DNA of 63,654 nucleotides, counting the filler, from Reticulomyxa filosa (Eukaryota > Protista > Foraminifera), in the NCBI GenBank assembly GCA_000512085.1. It is 16 parts of 16 records of this genome, joined end to end, with 100 filler letters (N's around TTAATTAATTAA, not from the genome) between each part and the next. Parts side by side here need not be neighbours in the genome. Positions count along the whole stretch, not along the records: positions 39,593 to 41,974 come from ASPP01008023.1; positions 42,075 to 43,843 come from ASPP01025175.1; positions 43,944 to 48,480 come from ASPP01024810.1; positions 48,581 to 52,668 come from ASPP01024371.1; positions 52,769 to 60,283 come from ASPP01014421.1; 11 more parts are not named here. One strand, given 5' to 3'. Below the pieces are notes generated by a model, which was not told the origin of the DNA, ran no database searches, and saw only the letters and a program-made list of their open reading frames with translations. Below, piece by piece: positions 39,670 to 52,805 of the stretch (position 1 is its first letter; every line of letters begins with the position of its first letter). A program made the position numbers and the translations under genes.

Positions 39670-41960
39670 TCTTTTTCGCTGCAAGTATATATGTACTCGG
39701 ATACGCAAGGTCGGCTGGTTGGGAACCACATTCTCGCTTATTGGTTCTAAATGATGGACCTCGCTTTGTGTTTTTTTTCGAAAAATATTCTTCCACTGCA
39801 TGGCACAATTTCGGGGAAAAAAAAAAAAAAGGTTTTTTTCCCTCAACTACAAAAAAGTTTATGTTGAAGTTCACTTTTCTTCTTCGTTTCAAAAAAATTG
39901 AGACAAAGGTGTAATCAGGTATGAATTTGCAAGTTGCCAGATATATGTACCACGTAAGTTGGTTTTTAAAGTGGTTAACGTCTTTTTTTTTAAAAGACAT
40001 GGATTTATCAATCAAAATTTTGGAAGGAAATGTATGGCTTGACGACAAAAAAAGACGTACAGAATTTAAGTTTATTCGATCATAAAAGGGAAAAAAGATG
40101 ATATTCTCAAAATATTAAAACAGGTAAGCAAGGCAAAACAAAACAAACACAAAAAATTCACAAACGCGGGCAATATTGGCAAATGTTTCAGTAAGAAAGA
40201 ACAGACTGATATTTGAAGCAGTTTGATCAAGTAACTTGTTATGGTTTGTAAGTTTATTGCAAGCCAGCTGCTTGAATAAGAATTGGTGTGTAGATATTTA
40301 TACTTTAAACATAAGAAGAAGCAAAAAAAAAAAGGGAGGACATCTTCAATATTAACTTTGTGTAAGATAATAGAAAATAATTTCACAACAAAAAATTCTT
40401 TTTATTTTTATTTATTTATTTTTTTTGACTCGGTAATTATTATTTTGAGGGGTTGGTGTTACTCTTTTTATCCAAAACTTGTAAAAGATCATGATTAGTA
40501 TCAGTGTCAGCGTGTTCGATATGTTCGTTGATGTCATGAACTTGAGGAGACGCCTTAGCGAGGGAAGACGCGCGGCTGAGATTGGCGTCCTCCGTGTTGT
40601 TGAGATTGAGATCGATATTAGCGATATTGAGCTCAGCGGAATCTCGGTTCACCTTTTGTTTTTTTTTGTTGGGATTGAGATCAATGACAATGCCATCGTT
40701 GTCACTTTTGGTGATTGCCTTCTTTGGTTTGTCAGACTGGCTGTTCTCGTCATTTTCATTTTCTTGTGCATCAATAATATCCGGCAAGCTATCTAGATGG
40801 AACGGGGATCGTCTTTTTTCTAAAGGATCGCTCATGTATCCGTCAGGATCATACAGTTCGGCATTGTATCTCCGTGGAATCGTGTTGTCGTCACGTGCCA
40901 ATTCATCCAACGACTTCCAATCATAGTCGTCCACGGTAATGCGATTACGACTGTTGCGATCTGTTTCTGTACGTGTATACGTGTTCGCACGTACACTGAT
41001 CGTATCGGTCGAAACGTATGCATTCACTTGCGTCTGGTTTACATTCGCCAACAATTGCTGTGCCGTTGGCTTCAATTCATTCCACGACGCACTTCCTTCG
41101 CTGTGCGATAAATATAAGTTGCTCGATTGCAAGTTCAACAGTAATCGAGAGTTATCGTACATGTCGTCCGCTGCATCGGTGGTTTTCGACAACGTCTCGG
41201 TTGTCTTTTGGCTCAGTTGTTTCACCAGCTCTCCTTGGTCCTTGTTTTTTTTTAAAGTTAAGTTATAAACAAAAAAAACTTTATAGTTTTTTTTAACATT
41301 TCAATTTATATTTGTATTCTAAGTATATAAATCTTGCTCCCTCTCTGTCCCACCCTTCCCCCAAAAAAAATGTGAGCTCTCAAGTTTTCAATCCAAAAAT
41401 AACATACAAAACAGGGGGGAAAAGAAAAAATCGACAAAACTTGGATATTACTGGAAAATGCACTTTGAAGCGCATTTACCCACCGACGACGACAATTCTC
41501 TGAATCCACCGCTGCTTCTATTTGTACATTGGATGACGAAACGCGTACCGTAAATCTATTCGTTTCACCCCCCAAAAAAAACAGTTATTTCGTTCGTATA
41601 CGTATTTGGATATACGGATGTATATACACCCACAGAGCATGAAAGGGACACAAGAGGGGGGGGGGGAGGGAAACAAAGCAAAAAAGAATTATAATTATAC
41701 ATACCCAAAGGAATATTTGGTATCTCCACGCTTGCCCCAGTTTTCCCAAATGCTTGTCTTTCCAAATGGTAACAAAACACCTTTATAAGCTCTTGTATCA
41801 GAGCGTCGACTTTCTAATCAAACATCGTCCAAGTATTTTACCAATGTATTGTTTCACAAAAAAATTAAAAGGGAAAGAAAGAAGTAAAAAAAAAAAAAAA
41901 ATGACCCAACTTTCAAACATCAAACCATCATCCACTAACACTAATCTCCAATATCTGTTC
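39670..41960 (-). CDS. PH-domain-containing multi-exon protein, partial
   Basis: Exons give YWRLVLVDDGLMFE..RAYKGVLL..KYSFG|FTVRVSS..EAAVDSENCRRRWVNALQSAF (PH terminal helix with Trp), then a disordered exon at 40490-41235. Confidence 0.6.
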
Positions 41961-42315
41961 ATTCAACAAAAATTNNNNNNNNNNNNNNNNNNNNNNNNNN
42001 NNNNNNNNNNNNNNNNNNTTAATTAATTAANNNNNNNNNNNNNNNNNNNNNNNNNNNNNNNNNNNNNNNNNNNNGATATTTATATATATTTATATACATA
42101 CATATATTATATATTATGTATGCATATATAATTGTTTCATATACTTAACATATTTTGTCACAATTTTATCAAAATCATTAATCCATCCTACTTTGATATC
42201 CAAAATTCGCAACCAATTTTTAATTATCAATTTTATCAATTGTTTAGACTGTTTTTTTAATAAAAATATCTTAACGAATAATTAATATCTTTTTTTTCCA
42301 AAGACAAGGACTTAC

Positions 42316-42480
42316 CAACTGTGGTGTTGTAATCTCTTCTTCGTTGCTAGTAATAGAGGTAATAGGAACAATACCAACAGGAGGAGCGGTAACAGGAGCT
42401 GGAGCGGCAACAAAAGCAGAAGCAGTAATAAGAGGAGTAGGAGCAGTATTAGGGGTAGTCATTTCTTCCACTGGTTCTTT
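42316..42480 (-). CDS. Pro/Thr/Ala-rich exon of a hypothetical gene divergent from ERV1
   Basis: Open frame ending at a GTAAG donor; strong T-ending codon bias. Confidence 0.4.
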
Positions 42481-42960
42481 TTTGCGGCAAGCAAAAGATG
42501 ATCAATCACAAACTTTTAAAGGATAAATTTTTTGAACTTTCTGGGCCTCCTTGCTGAACAGTTTTGGAAAACAAAGTTTTTTTTCGTTGAATTCTTTTTA
42601 AAAAAAAACAAACTAAAATGAACCTACGAGAGCTTTTAAGAGAGGGGATAAAGGTAAGCAACAAAATTTTTTTAAAAAACATATGCCAAAATGGTCTCAC
42701 GGCAATAAGAACCAATGAAAAAGTTACAAAAACCCGTGGTTGTATTTTTTAAAAATTAAAACAATTGTGATTAATCCACTCAACGCTAAAAGTGCAAAAC
42801 TAACTTTGAAAAATGAAAAAATAAAACTGTATCATTACAATATAATAACCAATTGTCTAAAAAAAATTTTTTTGTTGGTGTTGTTGGAAAAAATGGTCGG
42901 TACTTTAATTGGAACATTCATCAATCAATCCAATCCGAATTGGCAACCGTCGTGACAGCC

Positions 42961-43548
42961 ATGAATGTCTTCACAGAATATTTTTCAAGATTGACCTCGC
43001 ATTTTAGTCCAAAAACAGTGAAGGAGTGTTCGGTATGCCTAGGGGACGAGAAAATTCAAGAAAAATCTGTCGAAGCGATGACAACAACAGAAAGTGTGAC
43101 AGAAGACAAAAAAGTGGTTGACCCTTCGAATTCGAAGGTATTTGCGTACATGCATAGTGAATGTCCATTAAACCGACGAGAGTTAGGCCGAGCATCGTGG
43201 GCCTACTTACACACACTAGCAAACTATTATTCGGACAAGCCTAGCCGCGAGGAGCAAGAAGAAATGCGTCAATTGGTCTGGCTATTTGTCGGAAAATATC
43301 CTTGCGGATATTGTGCCGATATGAGTCTTCAAGAAATGATTCGAAACCCACCACGGATTAAAAATAGACACGAGTTTTCACTTTGGATGTGTGAACTTCA
43401 CAACGAAGTGAATCAAAGGTTAGGCAAACCTATCTTTGATTGTCGAAATGTCGAAAAGCGCTGGAGAACAGGTCCCTCGGATGGCTCTTGTCACACTCCG
43501 AAAAACACTACTTTGAAGACTACCTCTGTTTCTGACCCTGAACAATAA
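42961..43548 (+). CDS. ERV1: FAD-linked sulfhydryl oxidase Erv1/ALR (intronless)
   Basis: N-terminal CSVC shuttle; ELGRASWAYLHT, YPCGYCA, WMCELHNEVNQRLGKPIFDC, RWRTG. Confidence 0.93.
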   Translation: MNVFTEYFSRLTSHFSPKTVKECSVCLGDEKIQEKSVEAMTTTESVTEDKKVVDPSNSKVFAYMHSECPLNRRELGRASWAYLHTLANYYSDKPSREEQEEMRQLVWLFVGKYPCGYCADMSLQEMIRNPPRIKNRHEFSLWMCELHNEVNQRLGKPIFDCRNVEKRWRTGPSDGSCHTPKNTTLKTTSVSDPEQ

Positions 43549-43803
43549 AAACCCCCTCCCCTTTTGCTCTGATCATATATGCTTGGACATCATTTTTATT
43601 TAACTGTGCTCCAAATCTGTATTGTGTCTGTGTCTCTTTTTCATTATTTTGCCAGCTCCATTTTCAACTCTGTTTGTTTATTTTGCTTTGCTAATTTTTC
43701 TCGTGCAATTTCGATCTTTCAAAAGTAAACATTATCCAAATGTAATTCGTTACAAATGTTCTGATTTTGTGTCTATCCATGTCCAGCGACAGAGAAGAGA
43801 ATT

Positions 43804-43843
<40 letters not shown>

Positions 43844-43943
43844 NNNNNNNNNNNNNNNNNNNNNNNNNNNNNNNNNNNNNNNNNNNNTTAATTAATTAAN
43901 NNNNNNNNNNNNNNNNNNNNNNNNNNNNNNNNNNNNNNNNNNN

Positions 43944-43976
<33 letters not shown>

Positions 43977-44565
43977 TATTAACAACAGCATAGTCACAGC
44001 CACTTCCATCGACACGCAAAAGCGAAAGAGTGGCACTTCAACTCGTCGATTGACGGACGACACCTCCGACGGCATGGAAGCAAACGACAGCCTGCACGCG
44101 AAGCCGACGCTAAAGCCGAAGGAAAAGGAAGGGAGTGAAGCCACCACGGTGAACTCGAGCGAAATGTCGGGCACCAAGTCGACGAGCACGAATTATAACT
44201 CTTTGTCGTCTCGTCAGTACCAATATCAATACCAACAACAAGGCCACGGCCAAAGCGATATCGCCAAAGACGGCGACAAACCAAAAACAAAAGGCAAAGA
44301 AGAAAAAGGAACCCAGGAAAGTGACAACGACGAAGATAGCAACGGCAGCGAAAGTGGTAGTGACAGTAGTGAGAACAGCAAAAGTGCAAGTGAAAGCGAA
44401 AGTGCGCAATCGAATACTTCTTCGTCGTCGGTATCATCGACCGACTTGGAAGAGAAGCGTCCTAATTTGCAAAATGTGACAGCGCAACAAAACGAGCCGG
44501 CAAAGCCGTTACGTAAAGAAAGAGATCAACCCAAACAGAGAGCAGTCAACACCACAGCAGCAGCG

Positions 44566-44596
<31 letters not shown>

Positions 44597-47183
44597 CTAA
44601 GGAGACCGAGATGAAGCAACAACGACTGGTCCTGCGGGAGAAAGAAGAACCCGAACAAAAGAAAAACAAAGACAAAAAACACGACCAAAACCAAAGTTAA
44701 AGCCAAAGCCAAAACTCAAGCCCGAGCCCAAACCCAAACAAAAGGTGCAGTTGCAATCTCAATTAATCATGAAGCCTATATTGCCTATATTGCGAAGAGA
44801 GTATGACGAGGCCACTCTTATGTCTCTCTCTAACCAAATCGACAGCAGCAATTCCAATGGTCGTGATTTCTTTGATCCTATTGCATTCAAAGTTATTCTC
44901 ATCTTTGTGCAACATTGACCTCCTCCTCCTCTTCCCTCCCCCCCCTTCTTCTTCTTCTCTTATACCTAACACAATGTACATACACATATCAATTGAACAT
45001 ATTTGCAATGAATGATAGGCCAAAGAAAACGAGGAATTACAGTTGTTACCGCAGTCCGGAAGTGACACTGCTGACAGCAACACACGCAGTACAGTGATGA
45101 GTCTGCATGACAGCAACACACAAAACGGACGAAGCAACAGAGATACTGACACTGAACATGAACGTGACATGTCCAGCAAAAAGGAAAGAGTCGAGTCGTT
45201 TGACGAGCCTAAGGATGGACACGAAGAGGAAGAAGAAGAAGAAGAAGAAGAAGAAAAAGAAGTAGACAAAATGTCACGTGCGAAAACAAACGACAAACCC
45301 ACTCCATCCATTCGTCCCAGCGCAGACACAAATAGCAGTGATTGGAATAGCGATCAGTCCAATACCCATCCTGCAAATCCCAAACATCAACAGAAACTGT
45401 CACATGTTAATCAACCCAATCTTAGTAATCCCTATTCCGTTTCCACTACCGCCACGATGGATCGCATGAATTCTGCGGAAATAGCTGTTTGTCACACTCT
45501 CTCCATTTTTATTTCTAGCTTTGCGTTTATCTACGCATACATTATTTACATATGTACACATATATACATATATATATAAAAAAAAACATCTGTTAACCCA
45601 TTCAACAAAACAGCGTCTAAAATTGAGGAAAGACGGGGAACATTCTGTCCAATACGATAGTGACAGCTACGCGGGAAGTGTTCAAGCAAGTCAGGTTGCG
45701 CCCTCACACAACTTGATACACTCGCCTGCTGTAGAATCCAATCTGTCTCAAACTTTGCAAGATCAAAACTCAGAAAAAGTCCTTTTCTGTCATCCAGTTT
45801 TGTTTTGTTTTTTTTTTTTGTTTTTCATTGCTTCGAAGTCACTTTTCTGCTTGTTTGTTTATTTGTTCATTTGTTTCGTAGTCCCATTCCATTTCTAGTA
45901 ATAATGGTATCCGTGAAGACTTCCGGCCAGAATTGGGTGACAAAGACTCAGTTTGCAATATATATTTCTTCTGTTGCTTGTTATCAATATATATATATAT
46001 ATATATATATTGCAATCACATACATATAATATATATGTACACATAAATAATAAAGGCCACATCTGTTGATTCAAACTTTGTGATGGTCGATATCGATGGC
46101 ACGACACAAGCCTCCAACAAACCAAGCAATATTGCAACTGTTCGGAATTCGTGGACAGTCCAAAGCAACAGCGTGGTATCCAATCCAGCGGGGTTAATGC
46201 TTCGTCAAGACTCTTTGGGTACCACCACGAGTGGGCACAACGCAAACCCGCCGAACAATCACAACAAAGTCTCGGCAGACAATTCCAATGGCATCGCTTA
46301 CAATCAACACGTGAAAAACAATCATACGCCTGCTTCTCTGGTGGGCACAGTTACCACAACCAAGAAACCGAACATCAAAATGACTAATCCTAGCACAACC
46401 GCAAAGCACAGGCATGTGAATGTGGCCGAGGCGGCTGATAATGAAAAACAAGACCAAGAGTCGATCGCATCTCCCAAAATTCGAGAACCACTTTCATTGT
46501 ATCAGCTCTCTCAATTGGCAATTGTCCAAGATGACAAGAAAGGCAATGAGCAGAGAAATGAGTGTTGAGTGTCAAATCTCTTTTCCAAAAAAAAAAAGAA
46601 GAACAATGTAATCCCTACTCTTATCAGTCATGTCATGACGTAAATATATATTTATGCGTATGTATGGACTCCATTTTTATAGCATTGAAATCACTTGATG
46701 TCGCTCCATCTCAAAGAGGAACTTCCTTTGGGGCTGTGGATAGCAACGAGAGCAATACAACATCTGTACAGTCACACACTGTGAACAGGCTCGCCGTGTC
46801 AAGTGATGTGACCAGTCACAATAATGATCAAAATGGAAATCGTGTTGCTATGGCCTCCGAAACAAACAAAATATATGGAAAAACAGCCGAGTCGGGCAAT
46901 CCTTCTTCTAATATTGTTCCAAATGAGAAAAAAAAAAAAAAAGAAGAAGCTTAAACAACGTACAGTCGAAAAAGAAATGCTTGGGATAGAAGAAGCAGAT
47001 AAAGGGCCATCTTTGCAAACAAACACTGAAATGACAAAAACACATAAACATAAAAAAAAAGAAAAGAGAAAAAGCAAAAACAAAAAACATTCAACAAATG
47101 ATTATCCGCTAATTCCAGAAATCAATGACTCCAGTACAACAGCTTCACATGTGACCGATCACAGCATTGTCATGATCGGTTGA
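43944..47183 (+). CDS. Low-complexity Ser/Asn/Lys/Glu-rich multi-exon protein, 5' truncated
   Basis: Successive exon-like ORFs (44050, 45043, 45610, 46080, 46680) with microsatellite introns; probable poly-A frameshift near 46930. Confidence 0.5.
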
Positions 47184-47931
47184 GATCTCGCAAGAGAAAA
47201 ACACAATTCACTTTCGTTTTGATGATATTTTTTTGTTAATAGTTTTTTTTTAGCATTGTTTGTTGTCTTTTTTTTCTTTACTATACGACAACATTTCTTA
47301 TCGATGGTTGGTGATAATTGCATTTGTATTGACCAAACTCAGTAGAAATTGGCAAGGTTATAATATTCATGACATATCCGCAATGCATTTTCAACCGTAT
47401 ATGGGATAACTCCTAAAAAGGAATTGATGTTAATAAGATCTGTAAGAAAGATAGTTTTGAATCCATCTATCTCTCCTCACATAAAGAATTGCCTTTTTTT
47501 CTTTTTTCTATTTTTTGCAATTTTCTCAAGATCCATATCAAGTTTTTAGATATATAATCTAACTTTTTGAAAGCAATATGAAAAATTATTGACACAAATG
47601 AATTTATTTGCAAAAATATTCTAATGTTTCGTTCGGAAAATATAAGTGTATTCATAACAGTACAGTGCGAAAAAATTAAATAGCACTTTGGAACAGACTT
47701 TAAACATGGCTTAGGTATTTAAAAAAGTAAATCAGATCAAGTCAACATTTGATCTGTATAAGAGAATCGTCCTCAATGTTCGATTTTTAAACAAAATGGA
47801 GTTTCTAGTTATGTCTTAAAAGATAAAAAAAAAAGAAAAAAATTACATCACAGCGAACCATGTGATGTTAAAAAAAAGGCAGTAGGAGTAGGTCTGGTGT
47901 ATGTCCTTGGCTTATTTGTTTGGGCTCTCCT

Positions 47932-48480
47932 TTATATATGTTTTTCTCTAACAATATTATATCCAAGAGTGACACAAAAATCAGAAGGAACTTTGAGATG
48001 TTTTTCATCTTTGCAGAGCAGGTCCAAATCGCGTTTGCGCAAAACCATTTGTTCTTTGTTTTGAACAAAATGAGAGTGTATCCAAAAAGTGCAAATATTT
48101 TTGTAACTATAGTTGTATTTCTGTGGGCCATCATCATTCATCTCTTTGCTTTCTTCGAGATGTTGTTTTTCAATTTTTACGATAACAAACTCAATGTTTC
48201 CACGTAAAAGCATTCCTTCGTGTTGCTCAACGCGGAAGACATGATCTCGTTCTGAACGCGTCCATTTGTCACCAAACGACAAAACGGTCTCAGAAGCGAG
48301 TTCGCTTTCACTGCGAGATACCTTTGAAGCGACTGGTTTTTCTTTGCAATCGACAGATGAACGTTCTGAGGTATCATGTTCTACGAAATCTGCAATGCAT
48401 TTGGTGATAACCTTGAAACGGATATCTCTCAATTGTACATATTGTCGATTTCTTCGTGTTGTGATTAAATTCGGATAAAA
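47932..48480 (-). CDS. Hypothetical protein, 3' part
   Basis: Open frame from the contig edge; no family recognised. Confidence 0.4.
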   Translation of the reverse strand, partial: FYPNLITTRRNRQYVQLRDIRFKVITKCIADFVEHDTSERSSVDCKEKPVASKVSRSESELASETVLSFGDKWTRSERDHVFRVEQHEGMLLRGNIEFVIVKIEKQHLEESKEMNDDGPQKYNYSYKNICTFWIHSHFVQNKEQMVLRKRDLDLLCKDEKHLKVPSDFCVTLGYNIVREKHI

Positions 48481-48582
48481 NNNNNNNNNNNNNNNNNNNN
48501 NNNNNNNNNNNNNNNNNNNNNNNNTTAATTAATTAANNNNNNNNNNNNNNNNNNNNNNNNNNNNNNNNNNNNNNNNNNNNAA

Positions 48583-49017
48583 AAGAGCACAGCTCGACGT
48601 CCTCAACCAACAGGATCAGCAAAAATTCCTACGCGTGGACCAAGACCTCAAACAAATTCAATTGTATTAGACCCACCTCGTCATGATTCGCAAAGCAGTG
48701 AAGATGAAAAGACAGAAGCAAAGAAACAAGACACAGTTGTGGATATGACAGCTTGCATTATTGAAAATGAATTTAATAAGAGATGGTTCGCTGCTTCTGA
48801 ATTTTATTCTGTTTTTTCCAAATTATATTTAGATCAAGTGTCTTCCGATTGTCCAAAAGAGTTGGCTACTTGTGAAAGAATTATGCGCACTGCTAGACAT
48901 CTCAACTCCAAATTCAAAATGTTTCACAGAAAAAAGAAAACTAATGGGCGTGTTTTCAATGTTTACTACTTTTATTGTTTTCCTATTCAACAATGTCAAG
49001 TTTGCAATACCTATTAA
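48583..49017 (+). CDS. 3' fragment of a protein ending in a possible winged-helix DNA-binding domain
   Basis: Frame open from contig start; WFAASEFYSVF...FHRKKKTNGRVFNVYYF. Confidence 0.4.
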   Translation, partial: KSTARRPQPTGSAKIPTRGPRPQTNSIVLDPPRHDSQSSEDEKTEAKKQDTVVDMTACIIENEFNKRWFAASEFYSVFSKLYLDQVSSDCPKELATCERIMRTARHLNSKFKMFHRKKKTNGRVFNVYYFYCFPIQQCQVCNTY

Positions 49018-52000
49018 ATTTTGATCCAATCCTTTTTGGATTTTTTTACTTTTGCTCCTTTTCATTTCATACAATTTTGCCACTTCAATTGTTAAAGTAT
49101 TTAAGCCCTTTTTAGGGCAGAACAAAGGCGATTCTTTTATATCTGATTAATTGAATTGTATTATCTTTGTTCGCATGGGATGAACATGAAGATGATGGAT
49201 ATAATTTTTATTGTTATTCTTTTGTGAGAAAAGAAACATAAACTAATCATTTTTCCAAATGCATATTGCATGTATGGAAATGTTGCACAAAGTAGTTTGG
49301 ATGATGTATTAACAAGATTGGCTTTGTAATCAGCAAACAATTTCGATTATTTTTAGATGCTAGTAAAACAGTCAGACTTTCGATGATACATTAATGCAAG
49401 CGTTATTAAATTCATTAAGAGGAATATTGTGCAAATTGGTATTAAATGATACAATATATCTTTGAGTAAATAGAAGTTAACTTTTAAGACTTAAAAAGAT
49501 ATCAAGAAAAAACGAAGAAAAGTGCGTTCATTAAAAGTACTAGAACGAATTCAACTTATTGTTACACTATGTTACATTTGAAGAAATTAAAAGATTACTG
49601 GAAATAGAATGTTAAAATTTTATTTCATGTGAAATAATAACCAGGATGCTTATTGACAGTATAATAAAAATATTCTTATTAAATGATGAAAAATTGGTAA
49701 AATATATAGAAAAAAACATAATGTAGAATCAAGTAGTTAGTGATAGAAACACTAAATCAATTATTTGAAATAAAAGCTTTGCAAGAAGCCCAAGATAAGG
49801 ATATATAAAAATGCATTAAACAGAAACCGAATATAAAGTATTTGTACAATGGACGATTTTCTAAGTCAAAAATCAATATTTTTTCAAATTTTTTTTCTTA
49901 AAAAATATCTTCAATTGTTTCAAATTTATTTCATTTTTTTCTACAATTTTTGTCAATTAAAAATATTTTAATGTTTTTTATAATTATTTTAAGAAATTGA
50001 ACAAATTACTCAAGTTAAAAAAAATAATATCAGAAAAATATTATAATTAATTTTTTTTTATTATGACTTGTAGCTTTCTTGTGATTTCTAAGTCTAATAT
50101 CCTTTGTTTTATTGTATTTATTAATTTAATGCATAACTTCGAGATACTGTTCCATAATGTTTGAATTTTTCACGTATATTTCCTTTATTTGATATTTTTC
50201 ATTGCATATTTCATCATACAAATGTTATATAAGATTTAAATCATGTGATTGTGAATGCCAATCAAATCGATCTTGTTTTTTTGAATAATGTATTTGTTAG
50301 TTTTGCCTTATATTTGGGTAATTATCTTGCCGGAAGATAAAATTTTTTTTTCATTACATAATATTCAATTGTCAATCCGACATAAATTGCTAACACATTT
50401 GCTAGTCATGCATACCAACACTATCAAATGCATACACCACAATTGACTGTTTTTTTACATTTGATTCTTTAAGTTTTTCATTTTGATTTTTCCAATACTA
50501 TTCACAAAAGTTAGTTTCAAATAGATAAAATTTACTTTCATCTGACCGTATTACTTTGTGTCGATCATCATAGCTCAATCATTTGTATTTCTAGGCAAAT
50601 ACCAAACTTGTACAAATATGACTAGATTTTAAATAAGGATAACAAATCTTGATCGTTATAATACACCGCGCAAAGTTTTCGTTGATATTTTAATTTTAAC
50701 ATTATTTTTTATAGAATTACAAATAGACTTTGCAGTAGAATATTTGACCTAGACACCATTCTAACAATTCTTCTTTGTGACCTAGAATAATACGACAAAG
50801 GATACATGATCTTATCAATGCGAAAGAGATAAGCCAAATTTTTCTCTTTTTTCAATCTATACACAGTTAATCGGCTGACATTTTCCTTCGCAGCGATATA
50901 ACTAATAGAAAATCCGTGATAATGTCACCAGATGGTATCTTAAACCAAAGATAATAATAAAATGAAAATAGATATTTTGAAAAAAAAATGTATATAAAAG
51001 TAAAAAAACAAAAAAAGGAAAAAGCAATTATAAAAAACATTAAAATGTTTGTAATTAAAAAAATATCTACGAACTTTCAATTGTTTCGAAATGCATTTCA
51101 TTTTTTTCTACAATTTTGCCAAAGAAAAAAAATTTTGAAAAAATATAATGTTTGGCTTAGAAAATCGATCATTTTTATAAGGTGACATTGCCATTTTAGT
51201 GTGTTAAGATTTTCGTCACTACTTGTATATTAACCTGTATGTACAAAGATATTAAAAAAATTTTCAATTAATGTTTTACACATCAAGTGTCAAGAAGCAA
51301 ATTAGATCCAAAGTAGGATAAATACAACACTTTTCCACAAGACCTTTTCAAAAAGTAGCATTATATATTATGTGTCTTCTTCCAGAAACTGATTGATATC
51401 GGTTATGATGGATCGATTTACAAGATATGCTGCAGCCATTCTATTAAAAGTTAAATCAGCGAAAGGATCTGTTTGTCGTTTTGAATGAATGTACACATAG
51501 ACATGGTCACCTGAAACCGTTTTGTCTGATATGCATTGCAATTTTTAGTAAAACCACTTTAATGTCAAAAATTTTACGGATAATACAATTTTTAAATTAA
51601 CTTATCATCCACAAATGAAATGATAGATTCCATAGATATTTAAAGTAAACATTGCTAACTCGTAGCTGATAAAAATTTAAATTTCAACAAAGTGTACTCA
51701 TTTGATGCTTTTATACAAGCGATCGCTGCATATTACACCAAATCATATAAGCCATCACGAGTTAATGTATGAAACAAAATTTACAACATTCGCAGACATT
51801 AAATTAACAATACGCAACGAAATCAATGACAAATCATAACATTTGTATGATAAAAAATCCACTCATTAAGTTTTGAAATTTTCATGATTTAAAAATATAT
51901 CATGTTTTGAGCTATTTCCGCTTATCTTCTATGTCATTACTTTATTATTAAAATGATTAGATCTAGATTTTAAAAAATTGTATAAATATGCAATGCACTG

Positions 52001-52072
52001 TGCAAACATATTCTCAACTTCCTACGTCCAACAAAACAAAAATTCTAGAGAGAAATCGTCTTTTTTTTTAAC

Positions 52073-52668
52073 ATGACAGCATATCAGACTTCCTTAGAAG
52101 AAAAATCCAAAGATCAAACAGTTGTTACTAGGCCGTATTATGAGCTTGGCAACGACCTTGTGAACAGTTTACTGGACAAACACAGAGAAACATCATATTA
52201 CGACAAAAAAAGCCCATTTTCATGTATTTATGGAGTGACATTATCTGGATGTGTGCAAAAACAACTTGTCATTCCTGATATATCTTGTGGACATTTGGTA
52301 TTCCTACATCACTTAAAGGAAAGGCAGTTAGATCATAACAATATCGATTTACTCCAAAAAAGACAAAGTGATATTCTCAAATGGATTAAACAAAGCGTCG
52401 ACAAAATAAGAAGAGAACTTTGCACAGATAAAATAAAAATATTAAGACATTCGAAATCGGCATTAAAAATCAAGTGGAAGGGATTGGAATATCATATTGT
52501 AATAGCTTGGACTTTTTCGAAAAGACAATATTGTTCATTTAAATACATTCAAGACAATGTTCACGTGTATTCCTTTTCTCCAGATCAATTACAAACGACA
52601 ATCAATGATCTAATTGAGGAAGCGCCAATACATCAAAGACACATGGAAAAAGTGGATAAAATAAGTAA
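52073..52668 (+). CDS. OAS/CD-NTase-like pol-beta nucleotidyltransferase fold with altered active site; 3' truncated
   Basis: GVTLSGCVQKQLVIPDISCGHLVFL ... helix ... SALKIKWKGLEYHIVIAW aligns by eye with OAS KGGSxGKGTxLxGRSDADLVVFL ... RALSF...VEFDVLPAF. Confidence 0.55.
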
Positions 52669-52768
52669 NNNNNNNNNNNNNNNNNNNNNNNNNNNNNNNN
52701 NNNNNNNNNNNNTTAATTAATTAANNNNNNNNNNNNNNNNNNNNNNNNNNNNNNNNNNNNNNNNNNNN

Positions 52769-52805
<37 letters not shown>

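Noticed and set aside
49200-51900. Possible HEAT-, TRAF- or ART-like pseudogene remnants
   Set aside because: Too degraded to support a family assignment by eye.
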